Assembly: GCF_001194135.2 (NCBI RefSeq)
Contig: NC_069006.1
Span: forward strand, 17,354,063-17,403,254
Origin: Octopus bimaculoides
Lineage: Eukaryota
DNA length: 49,192 nt
Direction of reading: 5' to 3'
Shown in pieces: positions 23,596 through 34,099 of this stretch. Numbering within the stretch: the stretch's first letter is position 1; every line of letters starts with the position of its first letter. Made by a program: the position numbers and the translations under genes. The notes under the pieces are model-generated. The model was not told the DNA's origin. It worked only from the letters and a program-made list of their open reading frames with translations, and did no database searches.

Positions 23596-23670
23596 GATGA
23601 AACTTTGTTTAATAGAATAACAAATATATATATAATACTGGCCCAGCTTCCAGTGGTTTCAAAGAAACAA
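23596..23670 (-). CDS. Candidate 75-nt exon (CFFETTGSWASIIYIFVILLNKVS), hydrophobic, TM- or signal-like
   Basis: Acceptor tatatttgtaaaattcag|, donor TC|GTAAGA. Only the phase 2->2 frame is open and it joins the 291-nt exon in frame. Confidence 0.4.
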
Positions 23671-24677
23671 CTGAATTTTACAAATATACATAACCTAATA
23701 AGCCCTGGGGTCGATTTGCTCGACTAAAGGCGGTGCTCCAGCATGGCCGCAGTTAAAAAGACTGAAACAAGTAAAAGAGAAAAAAAAAAAAAAAGAGTAA
23801 TAAGAAATGTGCAAGAGAAAGGTCTTATGGTTTAACACACCTTATTCATTAAGTGTCAGTACCTTGATTGGAAAATATTACTTTGTCTAGTAAGAAATTA
23901 TTTCACTGTCATACATCATTATTGGAAAATCTTCAACCCAAATTCACTTAAATATAGCTACTCCACACTAACAAACCTCCTTAGTGTCCAATTATGATAT
24001 GTAACTGCCAATTACCAAATTTATGGGCAGGCAATGTTAATTGTCATTTATTTATTCAGCTACAGTTAAATCTAACATTAACCACAAAAGCTTGATTATA
24101 TCAGAGTAACAGCAAACCCACTTAAACTTAGATACTATCAGCATAATAATCCTTTACCTATGAAAAGTATTACACAAATTCTTCCACCACAATTACCCAG
24201 TTATTTGTTTGGATATTACTAAATAATTTTCCAGAATTTTCCAAAAGCTCTAACTTAACCAGATTAAATTTAAAAAAAAAAGACATAACAAACTTCATTT
24301 TATTAAAAATTTTATGTTTTTTTTTCTTCTTCATTGATATAAAATTTAGCGTGTTTGTTTTATTTTCATTTCTTTGCAACATCTTTCAAATGCTTGCCAT
24401 TCTGTACATAACATGATATTTTTAAAGACTTTTCCCATGTAATAAAGAACTAAGAGCTTTCATACTTAGTCAGGGACAATCTTTTTAGGCAGTTTACCAC
24501 AGCGAACAATGTTTCTGATACAAATAGAGAAAGAAGCAATAATAGTAAGTTTATCATTACTCTTGAGATAAATGGGAAACAAAAGTTTATCTCCAGAGAT
24601 TTTCTTCAGAAATATAATACTATATAACAGTTTAGTAAGCAAATCCATATACACACTCACAAAACACACACACACAT

Positions 24678-24724
<47 letters not shown>

Positions 24725-25659
24725 NNNNNNNNNNNNNNNNNNNNNNNNNNNNNNNNNNNNNNNNNNNNNNNNNNNNNNNNNNNNNNNNNNNNNNNNNNNN
24801 NNNNNNNNNNNNNNNNNNNNNNNNNNNNNNNNNNNNNNNNNNNNNNNNNNNNNNNNNNNNNNNNNNNNNNNNNNNNNNNNNNNNNNNNNNNNNNNNNNNN
24901 NNNNNNNNNNNNNNNNNNNNNNNNNNNNNNNNNNNNNNNNNNNNNNNNNNNNNNNNNNNNNNNNNNNNNNNNNNNNNNNNNNNNNNNNNNNNNNNNNNNN
25001 NNNNNNNNNNNNNNNNNNNNNNNNNNNNNNNNNNNNNNNNNNNNNNNNNNNNNNNNNNNNNNNNNNNNNNNNNNNNNNNNNNNNNNNNNNNNNNNNNNNN
25101 NNNNNNNNNNNNNNNNNNNNNNNNNNNNNNNNNNNNNNNNNNNNNNNNNNNNNNNNNNNNNNNNNNNNNNNNNNNNNNNNNNNNNNNNNNNNNNNNNNNN
25201 NNNNNNNNNNNNNNNNNNNNNNNNNNNNNNNNNNNNNNNNNNNNNNNNNNNNNNNNNNNNNNNNNNNNNNNNNNNNNNNNNNNNNNNNNNNNNNNNNNNN
25301 NNNNNNNNNNNNNNNNNNNNNNNNNNNNNNNNNNNNNNNNNNNNNNNNNNNNNNNNNNNNNNNNNNNNNNNNNNNNNNNNNNNNNNNNTATATATATATG
25401 TGAGAGAGAGTGAGAGAGAGAGTGAGAGAGAGAGAGAGAGATACATGTACCTATGTACATAAACACACACACACACACACATACATATATATACTGTATA
25501 TTCACTTTCATAGGTGCATAAATATTTATATCAGTGTGTGTATATATGCCTATATATACTACATGCAACTAGCTAAACAGACACACACTTAATACATATA
25601 CATTATCACACAGAGAGATATATGGTACATATGTAGTTATGTGTGTGTGTGTGTGTGTG

Positions 25660-26020
25660 TGTGACTGTATGGTAAGTAGCTTACTTACCAACCACATGGT
25701 TCCGGTTTCAGTCCCACTGTGTGGCACCTTGGGCAAGTGTCTTCTACTATAGCCTCTAGCCAACCAAAACCTTGTGAGTGGATTGGGTAGACAGAAACTG
25801 AAAGAAGCCTGTTGTGTGCGTGTGTGTCTGTGTTTGTCTCCCCACCATTGCTTGACAACTAACACTGGTGTGTTTACGTCCCCATAACTTAGTCTATCAG
25901 TCTCTTGTGCCAAACCGCTAAGTACTAGACTTACAAAGAATAAGTCATGGGGTTGATCTGTTCGACTAAAGGAGGTGTTCCAGCATGGCCACAGTCAAAT
26001 GACTGAAACAAGTAATAGAA
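25660..26020 (+). mobile_element. SINE family A, complete bipartite copy
   Basis: GGTAAGTAGCTTACTTACCAACCACATGGTTCCGGTTTCAGTCCCACTG head, CORE-like GGCACCTTGGGCAAGTG, (TG) spacer, and a 3' half ending GACTGAAACAAGTAATAGAATAAAAGAA. Confidence 0.88.
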
Positions 26021-26639
26021 TAAAAGAATATATATATACACACACACATACATACATATACATATACATGCACACGCACATATATATATGTATGTATGTG
26101 TGTGTGTATAAAACATGACTATTCACATACATAAGCACATTCCAAATAAGTAATTGCTCATTGACAATTTCTGATTAATTAATTATTAAATTAATAATAT
26201 AAACTTTAACTACTAATTAAGTGGAGAGCTCTAACTAGGCTACAAATTAATTTATGCACTCTATAATATTAGTGGGGGTGGTTGAGGTAGTAGTTGTAGT
26301 GGTGTTGGTTGTGGTGCTTGTGGTGGTGTGGTAGTTGTAGCAGTGGTGGTTCAGAGGGGAGNNNNNNNNNNNNNNNNNNNNNNNNNNNNNNNNNNNNNNN
26401 NNNNNNNNNNNNNNNNNNNNNNNNNNNNNNNNNNNNNNNNNNNNNNNNNNNNNNNNNNNNNNNNNNNNNNNNNNNNNNNNNNNNNNNNNNNNNNNNNNNN
26501 NNNNNNNNNNNNNNNNNNNNNNNNNNNNNNNNNNNNNNNNNCCACTATCCCTTGACAACCAGTGCTGATATGTTTATGTCCCCATAACTTAGTGGTTCGG
26601 CAAAAGACACCAATAGAATAAGTACTAGGCTTACTAAGA

Positions 26640-27010
26640 ATAAGTAAGAAGCTTGTTTCCCAACCACATGGTTCCAGGTTCAATTCTACTGTGTGGTAAT
26701 TTGGGCAAGTATCTTCTACTATAACCTCAGGCCGACCAAAGCCTTGTGAGTGGATTTAGCAGACGGAAGCTGAAAGAAGCCCATTGTGTGTGTGTGTGTG
26801 TGTGATTGTGTCTATGTTTGTATCCCCATCACTGCTTGACAACTGGTGTTGGTGTATTTACAACCCTGTAACTTAGCAGTTTGGCAAAACATTGAAAGAA
26901 TAAGGACTAGGCTTTAAAAAAAAACGTCCTGGGGTCAATTTCTTTGGCTGAAACCCTTCAAGATGGTGCTCCAGTATGGCTGCAGTCAAATGACTGAAAC
27001 AAGTAAAGGA
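26640..27010 (+). mobile_element. SINE family A, complete bipartite copy (preceded by another 3' half at 26550-26640)
   Basis: Same head, core, spacer and tail as 25660-26020. Confidence 0.88.
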
Positions 27011-27063
27011 ATAAAAGAATAAAAGAATATATATATATAAAGTAATTCCTATGAATGTATAAA

Positions 27064-27725
27064 TACAGTTGGAAATCTTTTATCAGGAAAACCCAAATCC
27101 GAAAGATTTTTCAATGCTGACATAATACAACAGAAATGGAAAATTCCACAAAGTGTTGGGGAGGTTCCACCAAATACAGCTGTTGTGTGCTGTTATGATA
27201 CCTGAGTATGTAAGCAGGGAGCATTGTGTTTTGTTTTGTTTCATTTTGTTGCGTAAAGTAAGCACAAAACATCTTTATGTATGAGCGTAACATGACTAGC
27301 ATCATGACTTGAAAATTACTTTTAAAAGATAATGTTGACGTTTTTCAGTTTTCATTTTATTTACCTGTTATATCAGGTTCAATAATTTGTTTTTATGCTT
27401 TACACAAAATCTAATACCTGTTCAGGAAAAAATAAAATAAAATAAAATAAAAAAGGCATACATGTACTGCAACCTTTTTAAACATGACATTCTAGGTGGA
27501 GACTGATATCTTACCTTTTTAATGGTGTTATGAATAAAGATTATTTCATATTTATATAGCGCTACATTCATGATACATGTATATGCTATATTATGAAATA
27601 CAATTGGGTATTGTGTTTAGGCTTGGGTCTCATCCCTAAGCTGTCCCATTTTAGAGATGGAAATACAAAAGTATCCGGAATCCAAATCCGCAACACTCTT
27701 GCTCACAGGGATTTCCTAGACTGGG
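27064..27725. mobile_element. pogo/Tigger-type non-autonomous DNA transposon relic
   Basis: Starts TA-CAGTTG..AAATCCGAAA..GCTGACATAA..AATGGAAAATTCCACA and ends TGTGTTTAGGCTTGGGTCTCATCCCTAAG..ATCCAAATCCGCAACACT. Both ends resemble the Tigger7/MER44 termini as I recall them (not searched). Confidence 0.55.
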
Positions 27726-28055
27726 TGGTGCGTTGTGGTCTTCAGCAAATTACTTCATTTCACGTTTCTCTGCAGTCACTTCAACACCTAACATGTGGTG
27801 CACCATGCACCTGTTCAAGCAACATGGATTTGATGGAGGAAGTGAGTTAATGTACAGCACATACATTTGATCACTATAAACAAATCATTTGTGTAAGTCA
27901 TTCGACAAAAAAAGCCAAACACTCATATGTTGTATTCGATGGGAGATTCCATCATATATTTATATATACACAGGAGTTTTAATCCGACAAACTTGATAAT
28001 TGTTAAAGGATTTCTCTTAACATGAAACCGATGGAAGCCTTAACTCATAAATAAA

Positions 28056-28109
<54 letters not shown>

Positions 28110-29499
28110 CATCATATGGTACTGTCCCAACATGTCACAGTCCAATGATTGAAACAAGTAAAAGATAAAAGACAAATACCCATCCATCCGTCTGTCTGTC
28201 TATCTTTCTACCTATCTATGTATCTATCTATGTATCTATCCATCCATCCATCAATCTATCTATCTATCTATTTATCTATTCATGTGTGTGTATGCATGCG
28301 TGTGTGCATGCATGCTCACATGTGTGCGTTTGTGTGGCCTATTTTGTGAAAGAGCATGGCCTAATGGTTAATAATGATCAGATTAAGATCATTAGATTGC
28401 AGGTTCAATTCCACTGGTTTAAGAACTACTGGGCTTTACAATCGCTATAATAGATGCTGTTATTGTAGTGGTAGTGGTGATCCTGGTTGTGGAATTGTTG
28501 TCAAGGATGTTGTGAAGGTGTGGTTACTGTATTTGTTGTTGCTATGGTAGTACTTGTTGTTGTAATAGTTTCTTTCAAGTGTTTTCAAGTTATTGTTGCT
28601 ACTGTTGAGTGAAAGTAAAGGAAAATCACTTGTGTGTTAGTGCATGTGTATAGATTTAAATATATGCACTCAATTATATGAACACACATTTATGTGAACA
28701 TATTTACTTTATCTCTTGAGCAAGGTACTTTGCTCTACACTTTAATCTCCTCGGCAGATAGAAAGTGTTTGATCTTGGGTGTGTATGTATATGTAAATAA
28801 TTGTAAGTACATGTAGAAAACATCAATACATATAAAGACACACATACACACATAAACACACACACACACACACATATACATACCTACATCTATATATATG
28901 TGTGAGTGTTGCATAGGAAAACCCAATACATATCACTAATCCCTTTAAATCTTCAACATGTAACTGAGTTTGTTAATCTAAAGGCTGTCTTGTTAACCAC
29001 TCATAGGTACACAAACCGAAGCAAGTTAATACATTTTTGCCACTAGAAATAGCGTACGTTTATAAATGTCGTCTTTCTGTTGATGCTATGAAAAATCACA
29101 TTTCTGGATACAATGCCAAGTAAACATGATTCTGCAGTGCATTTAACTGAAAAGAGACACTTACATGATAGCTGCAGATTATTCCCTCATTAACATGCAA
29201 TGGTCATACTCACTATGAAATCAATTTCCTATATTTATAGTAGTAGTAGTAGTAGTAAGTAGTAGTAGTCACAATGCTAAATTGTTTGCAAATCAAAAAA
29301 GTACCAATGAATTTGAAAGAAGAGTATATTGTTTTATATTATAAAGTCTTCTTACAACCTGCATCAGTGCTTTGTGCTGATTCAATATATGTACATATGT
29401 GTATGTATATATATGAATGTATATGTGTGTGTGTGTGTGTGTGTATACACACAAATGTATATACACGTACATATATGTGCATAAATACACATATGCATA

Positions 29500-29536
<37 letters not shown>

Positions 29537-29614
29537 GTATACACACATACACACACACATGGACATACACACACATATATATACATATGTATACAAATAT
29601 AGCACCATAATCAA

Positions 29615-29965
29615 TTGCTACAAAGGCAAAGGTGATGCCTTAGACAGAAATAATACAGATGATGAAAGTTACTGAGAAGGTCATAAGCCCAACTAATTAG
29701 GAAGAGAGTTAGCATAGATGAGATGCAGTTTGGTTTTGTGCCAGAGAGAAGCACCACTCATGCTATAGGTAAGGCAGCTGTAGGAGTATCTCACTAAAAA
29801 TAAACCTCTGTAATTGGCTTTTGTTGAGATGGGGAAAGCTTTGACAGGGTGGTCCCCACTCCCTTATCTATTGGTCATTGTGGAAAAAGGGGACAGTGGA
29901 GGGGCTGGCAAGAGCTGTATAACCTATGTACAGGGACACTATCTGTAAGGTGAGGATTGGCATAC
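29615..29965 (+). mobile_element. RTE-clade LINE reverse-transcriptase fragment (pseudogenised)
   Basis: CYKGKGDALDRNN..MKVTEKVI..IRKRVSIDEMQFGFVPERSTTHAI..KNKPL*LAFV.M.KAFDRV..MYRDTICKVRIG, the typical QFGF..GRSTTDAI / AFVD.EKAFDRV RT motifs. Confidence 0.9.
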
Positions 29966-30019
29966 ATCCCACATATTCATCACTCAGAAGTTTCAGGCTT
30001 AATTATTCAAGAAGGGTCA

Positions 30020-32565
30020 ATAAAATAAAGTACCAATCAAGTATTGGGGTCAGTGTAATTGACCGGCCCCTTCCCCTCAAAATTTCAGGCCTTTTGCTGA
30101 GAGTAGAAAGAACGATTCATGGTAACAAGCTGAGGAATTGTTAGCACTCCAGATAGAATAATTAACAGCACTTCTGGCTTGACATTCTGAGTTCAAATTC
30201 TGCTGAGGCTGTCTTTGTTTTCATCTCTTTGCAGTGGATGAAGTAAGTACTAGTCAAATATTGGGGGTCAATGTAACCAACTGACCCGTTTTTCCTCACA
30301 AACTGCTGGCCCTATGCCAAAACTTGAAACCATTATTATTATTATTATTATTATAAAAATGGCAAGCTGCTAGAATTGTTAACATGCCAGGCAAAATGCT
30401 TAGCAGCATTTTTTTTCTGTCTTTATGTGAGTTCAAATTCTGCCAAGGTTGACTTTGCCTTTCATCCTTTTGGGGTCAATATAATAAATACCAGTTGAAC
30501 ACTGAGGTTGATATAATCGACTAAGTCTCTCCCACAAACTTGCTGCCCTTGTGGTAAAATTTGAAACCATTATTATTGTTATTATTATTATTATCATTAT
30601 TATTATTATTATTGTTCAGTAGTTGTATTTTTATAATGTGCTTTCACTTCACTACCGAGCGCAGCTCTGTGTGCCTTGGGTATGTGCTGTGGTTTGCTGT
30701 GGTGCTCTTATGTTTACTGTATTGAAAGTGTTTTGCGTAGAATGTGTGCAGTGCCCAGTAGTGCAATTTTCTGTATGTTATATATATTTGTAAGTCCTGN
30801 NNNNNNNNNGTTTACTGTATTGAAAGTGTTTTGCGTAGAATGTGTGCAGTGCCCAGTAGTGCAATTTTCTGTATGTTATATATATTTGTAAGTCCTGGTG
30901 TTTTTGTTATGTATTTGTCTGAATATTTTTTTATTATACCTAAGGCACCTACTATGATAGGAATTGTTTGTTTTATTATTATTATTATTATTATTATTAA
31001 GAAGGTGGCGAGCTAGCAGAATCATTAGCACGTTGCTATGTTCTGAGTTCAAATTCCGCCAAGGTAGACTTCGCCTTTCATTCTTTCAGGGTCAATAAGT
31101 TAAGTACCAGTGAAACACTGAGGTCAATGTAATCGACTAGTCCCCTACCCCAAATTTCAGGCCTTGTGCCTTTAGTAGAAAGGGTTATTATTATTACTGA
31201 TGCAGCAGCTGGAAGAATCGTTAGAGCGTCAGATAACATGTGTGGTGGCATTTCTTCTAACACTTTATGGTCTTTGGGCGCTTTATATTCTGAGTTCAAA
31301 TTCATCCTTTTGGAATCGGTAAAATAGGTACCAGTCAAGCGCTGGAGTAGTCAATGAAATCGAGTTACTCCCTTCCCTCAAAATAGTAGCCCTTGTGCCA
31401 AAATTTCAAACGAGTGTTATTATTATTGCTCTGACCTTGAGCCTAAATCATCATCATCATTATAATTAATGTGGCAAGCTGGCAGAATCGTTAGCATGCC
31501 AGGTGAAATGCTTAGCAGCATTTCATCTGTCTTAATGTTCTGAGTTCAAATTCTGTTAAGGTCAACTTTGCCTTTCATCCTTTTGGGGTCAATAAAAGTA
31601 AGTACCAGTAGAAGACTGAGGTCAATGTAAATGATTTACTCTCTCCTCCAAAATTGCTGGCTTTGTCCCAAAATTTGAAACCATTATTATTATTATTATC
31701 ATTATTATTGGTATTAATATTTATTGCTCACTGTGTAATTCATTCAACAATTGTTTCTGATACCACCCCCACATCCTCATCTCACTTCCCATCCTCCTAC
31801 CCACCACCACCACACCCCCACATCCCACACACCCTGTCCTACGAATTTCATTCATTGTCGCTAAACATTCAATTGATAATTACATTGCAATGATAACACT
31901 AATTATTGATTTTGCTTTTAATTAATGACTACATTGTTAAGTAACGATTTCACACCATACATTGCAGATTTATCATTTCTGTAGCACAAATTAGAAATAC
32001 ATATTGGAAAATGTGTAACAATTGATTTTTTTTCATTTTATTTATTGGATTTTTGTTGTTGTTATTGTTGCTTTTTGCTTTAAAATTTTATACTTCCTGA
32101 ATCTATTTTTTAATAATTCTCAATTTTATAATAATAATAATTATTATTATTATTATTATTAGTTCAAATTTCACTATGATCAACTTTTGTCTTTCATCCT
32201 TCGGGGGGAGGGGGGGTCAATAAAATAAGTACCAGTTGAATACTGAGGTTGATATAATTGACTTACCACCTCCCCCGAACTTGCTGGCCTTGTGCCAAAA
32301 TTTGAAACCATCATTATTATTATCATTATCCTTACTATTAGTATTATTAAGGCTGTGAGCTGGCAGAATTGTTAGCATGCTGGGCAAAATGCTTAGCAGC
32401 ATTACATTCATCTTCATGCTCTGAGTTCAAATTCTGCCAAGGTCAACTTTGCCTTTCACCTTTTCAGGGTCAATAAATTAAGTACTAGTGAAACACTGGG
32501 GGTCGATTTAATTGACTTGTTCCCTCCCCCAAAGTGGTTGCCCTTGTGGCAAAATTTGAAACCAT
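30020..32565 (+). mobile_element. Array of 8 same-orientation family B SINE copies separated by (TTA)n
   Basis: Copies at about 30020-30110, 30120-30335, 30358-30572, 31003-31190, 31200-31415, 31473-31685, 32160-32310 and 32350-32565. Each has the TTCTGAGTTCAAATTC..TTTCATCCTTT.GGGGTCAATAAA.TAAGTACCAG core and most end in ATT repeats. Confidence 0.9.
30612..30975 (-). mobile_element. R4/Dong-type LINE 3' end (5'-truncated) inside (TAA)n
   Basis: Minus strand reads TIPIIVGALGIIKKYSDKYITKTPGLTNIYNIQKIALLGTAHILRKTLSIQ*, then a short 3' UTR and a (TAA)n tail. QK.ALLGTA.ILRK.L is the conserved C-terminus of R4/Dong ORFs. Confidence 0.9.
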
Positions 32566-32609
32566 TATTATTATTATTATTATTATTATTACAATTATTA
32601 TTATTATTA

Positions 32610-32640
<31 letters not shown>

Positions 32641-33069
32641 CATTATTATTATCATTATTATTATTAAGTTATGAAGATTGATGTAACTGTCCATGAAGGT
32701 AAATGTACTATTAGAAAAGCAATAAAATGCAAATTGACTTTGTTTACCAAACTGAACAATACTCCGACAGTATGTCTGCCTTCTTTGAATGCAGTTATAG
32801 CGAATCACAATTGAAGAAAATCAAAAATGGCACAATTAAAATGAACAATGAATGTCAAACTTTCATGCCAAATTATAGCAGTCAAAGTAGAATTCATGAC
32901 CGAATTTCTTTAATGATTAATTAGCACCAAAATTTCACTGGTATTTCAAAAGTAGTGAATGACAATTATCAATATATTTCACAAAAATATCCCTGTTTCA
33001 AAGAATTATTTCTTCATGCACTTAGAGTAACCTTTAAACATAACTAAAATATAAGACAACTACTAACCA

Positions 33070-33215
33070 TTATTTACATTATTTACATTTGACAGATATT
33101 TGTCCTCATCTTGTTTGTTGTTAACACAACGTTTCGGCTGGTATACCCTCCAGCCTTCTTCAGGTGTTTTGAGGAAATTTTGAACCTGGGTTCTCATTCC
33201 TAAGGTATTTTTCGA

Positions 33216-33256
<41 letters not shown>

Positions 33257-33284
33257 GTGTTCAGGTCACTGCTTGGAATCTTGT
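33070..33284 (-). mobile_element. 215-bp non-coding, hammerhead-bearing retroposon with a 13-bp TSD
   Basis: Perfect direct repeat CAACTACTAACCA at 33057-33069 and 33285-33297. Layout on the minus strand: short 5' remnant, (TAA)n, unique linker, hammerhead, then (TGTAAATAA)2 tail. No ORF. Confidence 0.9.
33123..33168 (-). ncRNA. Minimal type I hammerhead ribozyme with intact core
   Basis: AACAC-CTGAAGA-A-GGCTGG-AGGGTATA-CCAGCC-GAAAC-GTT-GTGTT: 5-bp stem I, intact CUGANGA and GAAA, perfect 6-bp stem II, palindromic AACGTT stem III and a GUU triplet. Confidence 0.9.
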
Positions 33285-33791
33285 CAACTACTAACCACTA
33301 CCTCTAATTATAATCAAAACGCCATTGGAGTTATTGAAAGCTGTACCCTAAAAACAGTTGCAAGAGCTTTAGGCCCTGTTCTTTGTGCAACAGCATGTTT
33401 CAGATCAAAATCTATTATAAATTCTAATGGGATTGTTATGATTTATATATGTGGAACTTGTACTGGTTTCTATTTGGTGTACAGAGCTGAATACAGCAAA
33501 CACAAATTATGTGCGGCAGAAAAATTAAACAAACACAATAACACTAGTTCAAGAGAACTTGCTAAGCATTTTACATGGAACAACAGTAAATTTAAGGAAC
33601 ATCCGAAAGTACACATTTTCAGAAAATATTCTAACTCCACTGCACTCTCTGTCCTCAAAACGCATGAAAATAAATAGCTTTGTGAGTTACAAGTGTAACA
33701 CCCTGGTGAGATGAACAAAATGACAGAATTCCATCAGATTTATACAAAATGATTTGACTGAATTCTTTTTCCATTTTCCCATTTGTTATCT

Positions 33792-33832
33792 TGAACTTGA
33801 AGAAGACAGATGTTCTATCAAAATATTGTTCA
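33792..33832 (+). ncRNA. Decayed hammerhead of the host Penelope pLTR
   Basis: TGAAC-TTGAAGA-A-GACAGA-TGT-TCTATC-AAAAT-ATT-GTTCA. Stem I is intact. Three transitions (C3->T, one G->A in stem II, G12->A) separate it from a canonical core. It lies just after the EN stop and just before AATAAA. Confidence 0.6.
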
Positions 33833-33893
33833 GTTCAATAAACAAAATCAATCTGTTTTATTATAAGTTACATCAAGCTCATCTAATTGTATG

Positions 33894-33928
<35 letters not shown>

Positions 33929-34099
33929 GTTATTATTTTATTTTACTTCTCAGAGCTCTTGTTTTCACTCGCTCTGGTTGATTCTGTGAGAGCAGACAGC
34001 AACCTGTTGTCAGAGGTCTCACAGGGTCTCTTTATTATTAGCATGCTGGGCAAAATGCTTAGCGGTATATCAGGAGGAGGCGAGGAAGCTCTGTGACAC

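Larger units (their letters stand above)
32670..33860 (+). mobile_element. Penelope-like element remnant (RT thumb, linker, GIY-YIG, 3' hammerhead), split by the insertion at 33070-33284
   Basis: DRISLMIN*HQNFTGISKVVNDNYQYISQKYPCFKELFLHALRVTFKHN*NIRQLLT resumes in frame after the insert as TTSNYNQNAIGVIESC..GIVMIYICGTCTGFY..KH..SSRELAKHF..HPKVHI. It matches the PLE motifs RIPLV.TYHP, KE.F..P..V.F.RN.NL..LL and CxxC-YIG. Confidence 0.8.

Noticed and set aside
24468-24516. 49-nt candidate exon with good splice sites (TLFAVVNCLKRLSLT)
   Set aside because: Homology with the 21 kb duplicate runs through the supposed intron and favours a different frame, so it cannot be called separately.
30711-30898. 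Exact ~88-bp direct repeat inside the Dong fragment
   Set aside because: The two copies sit on either side of a 10-N gap, which indicates unmerged contig overlap rather than a biological duplication.
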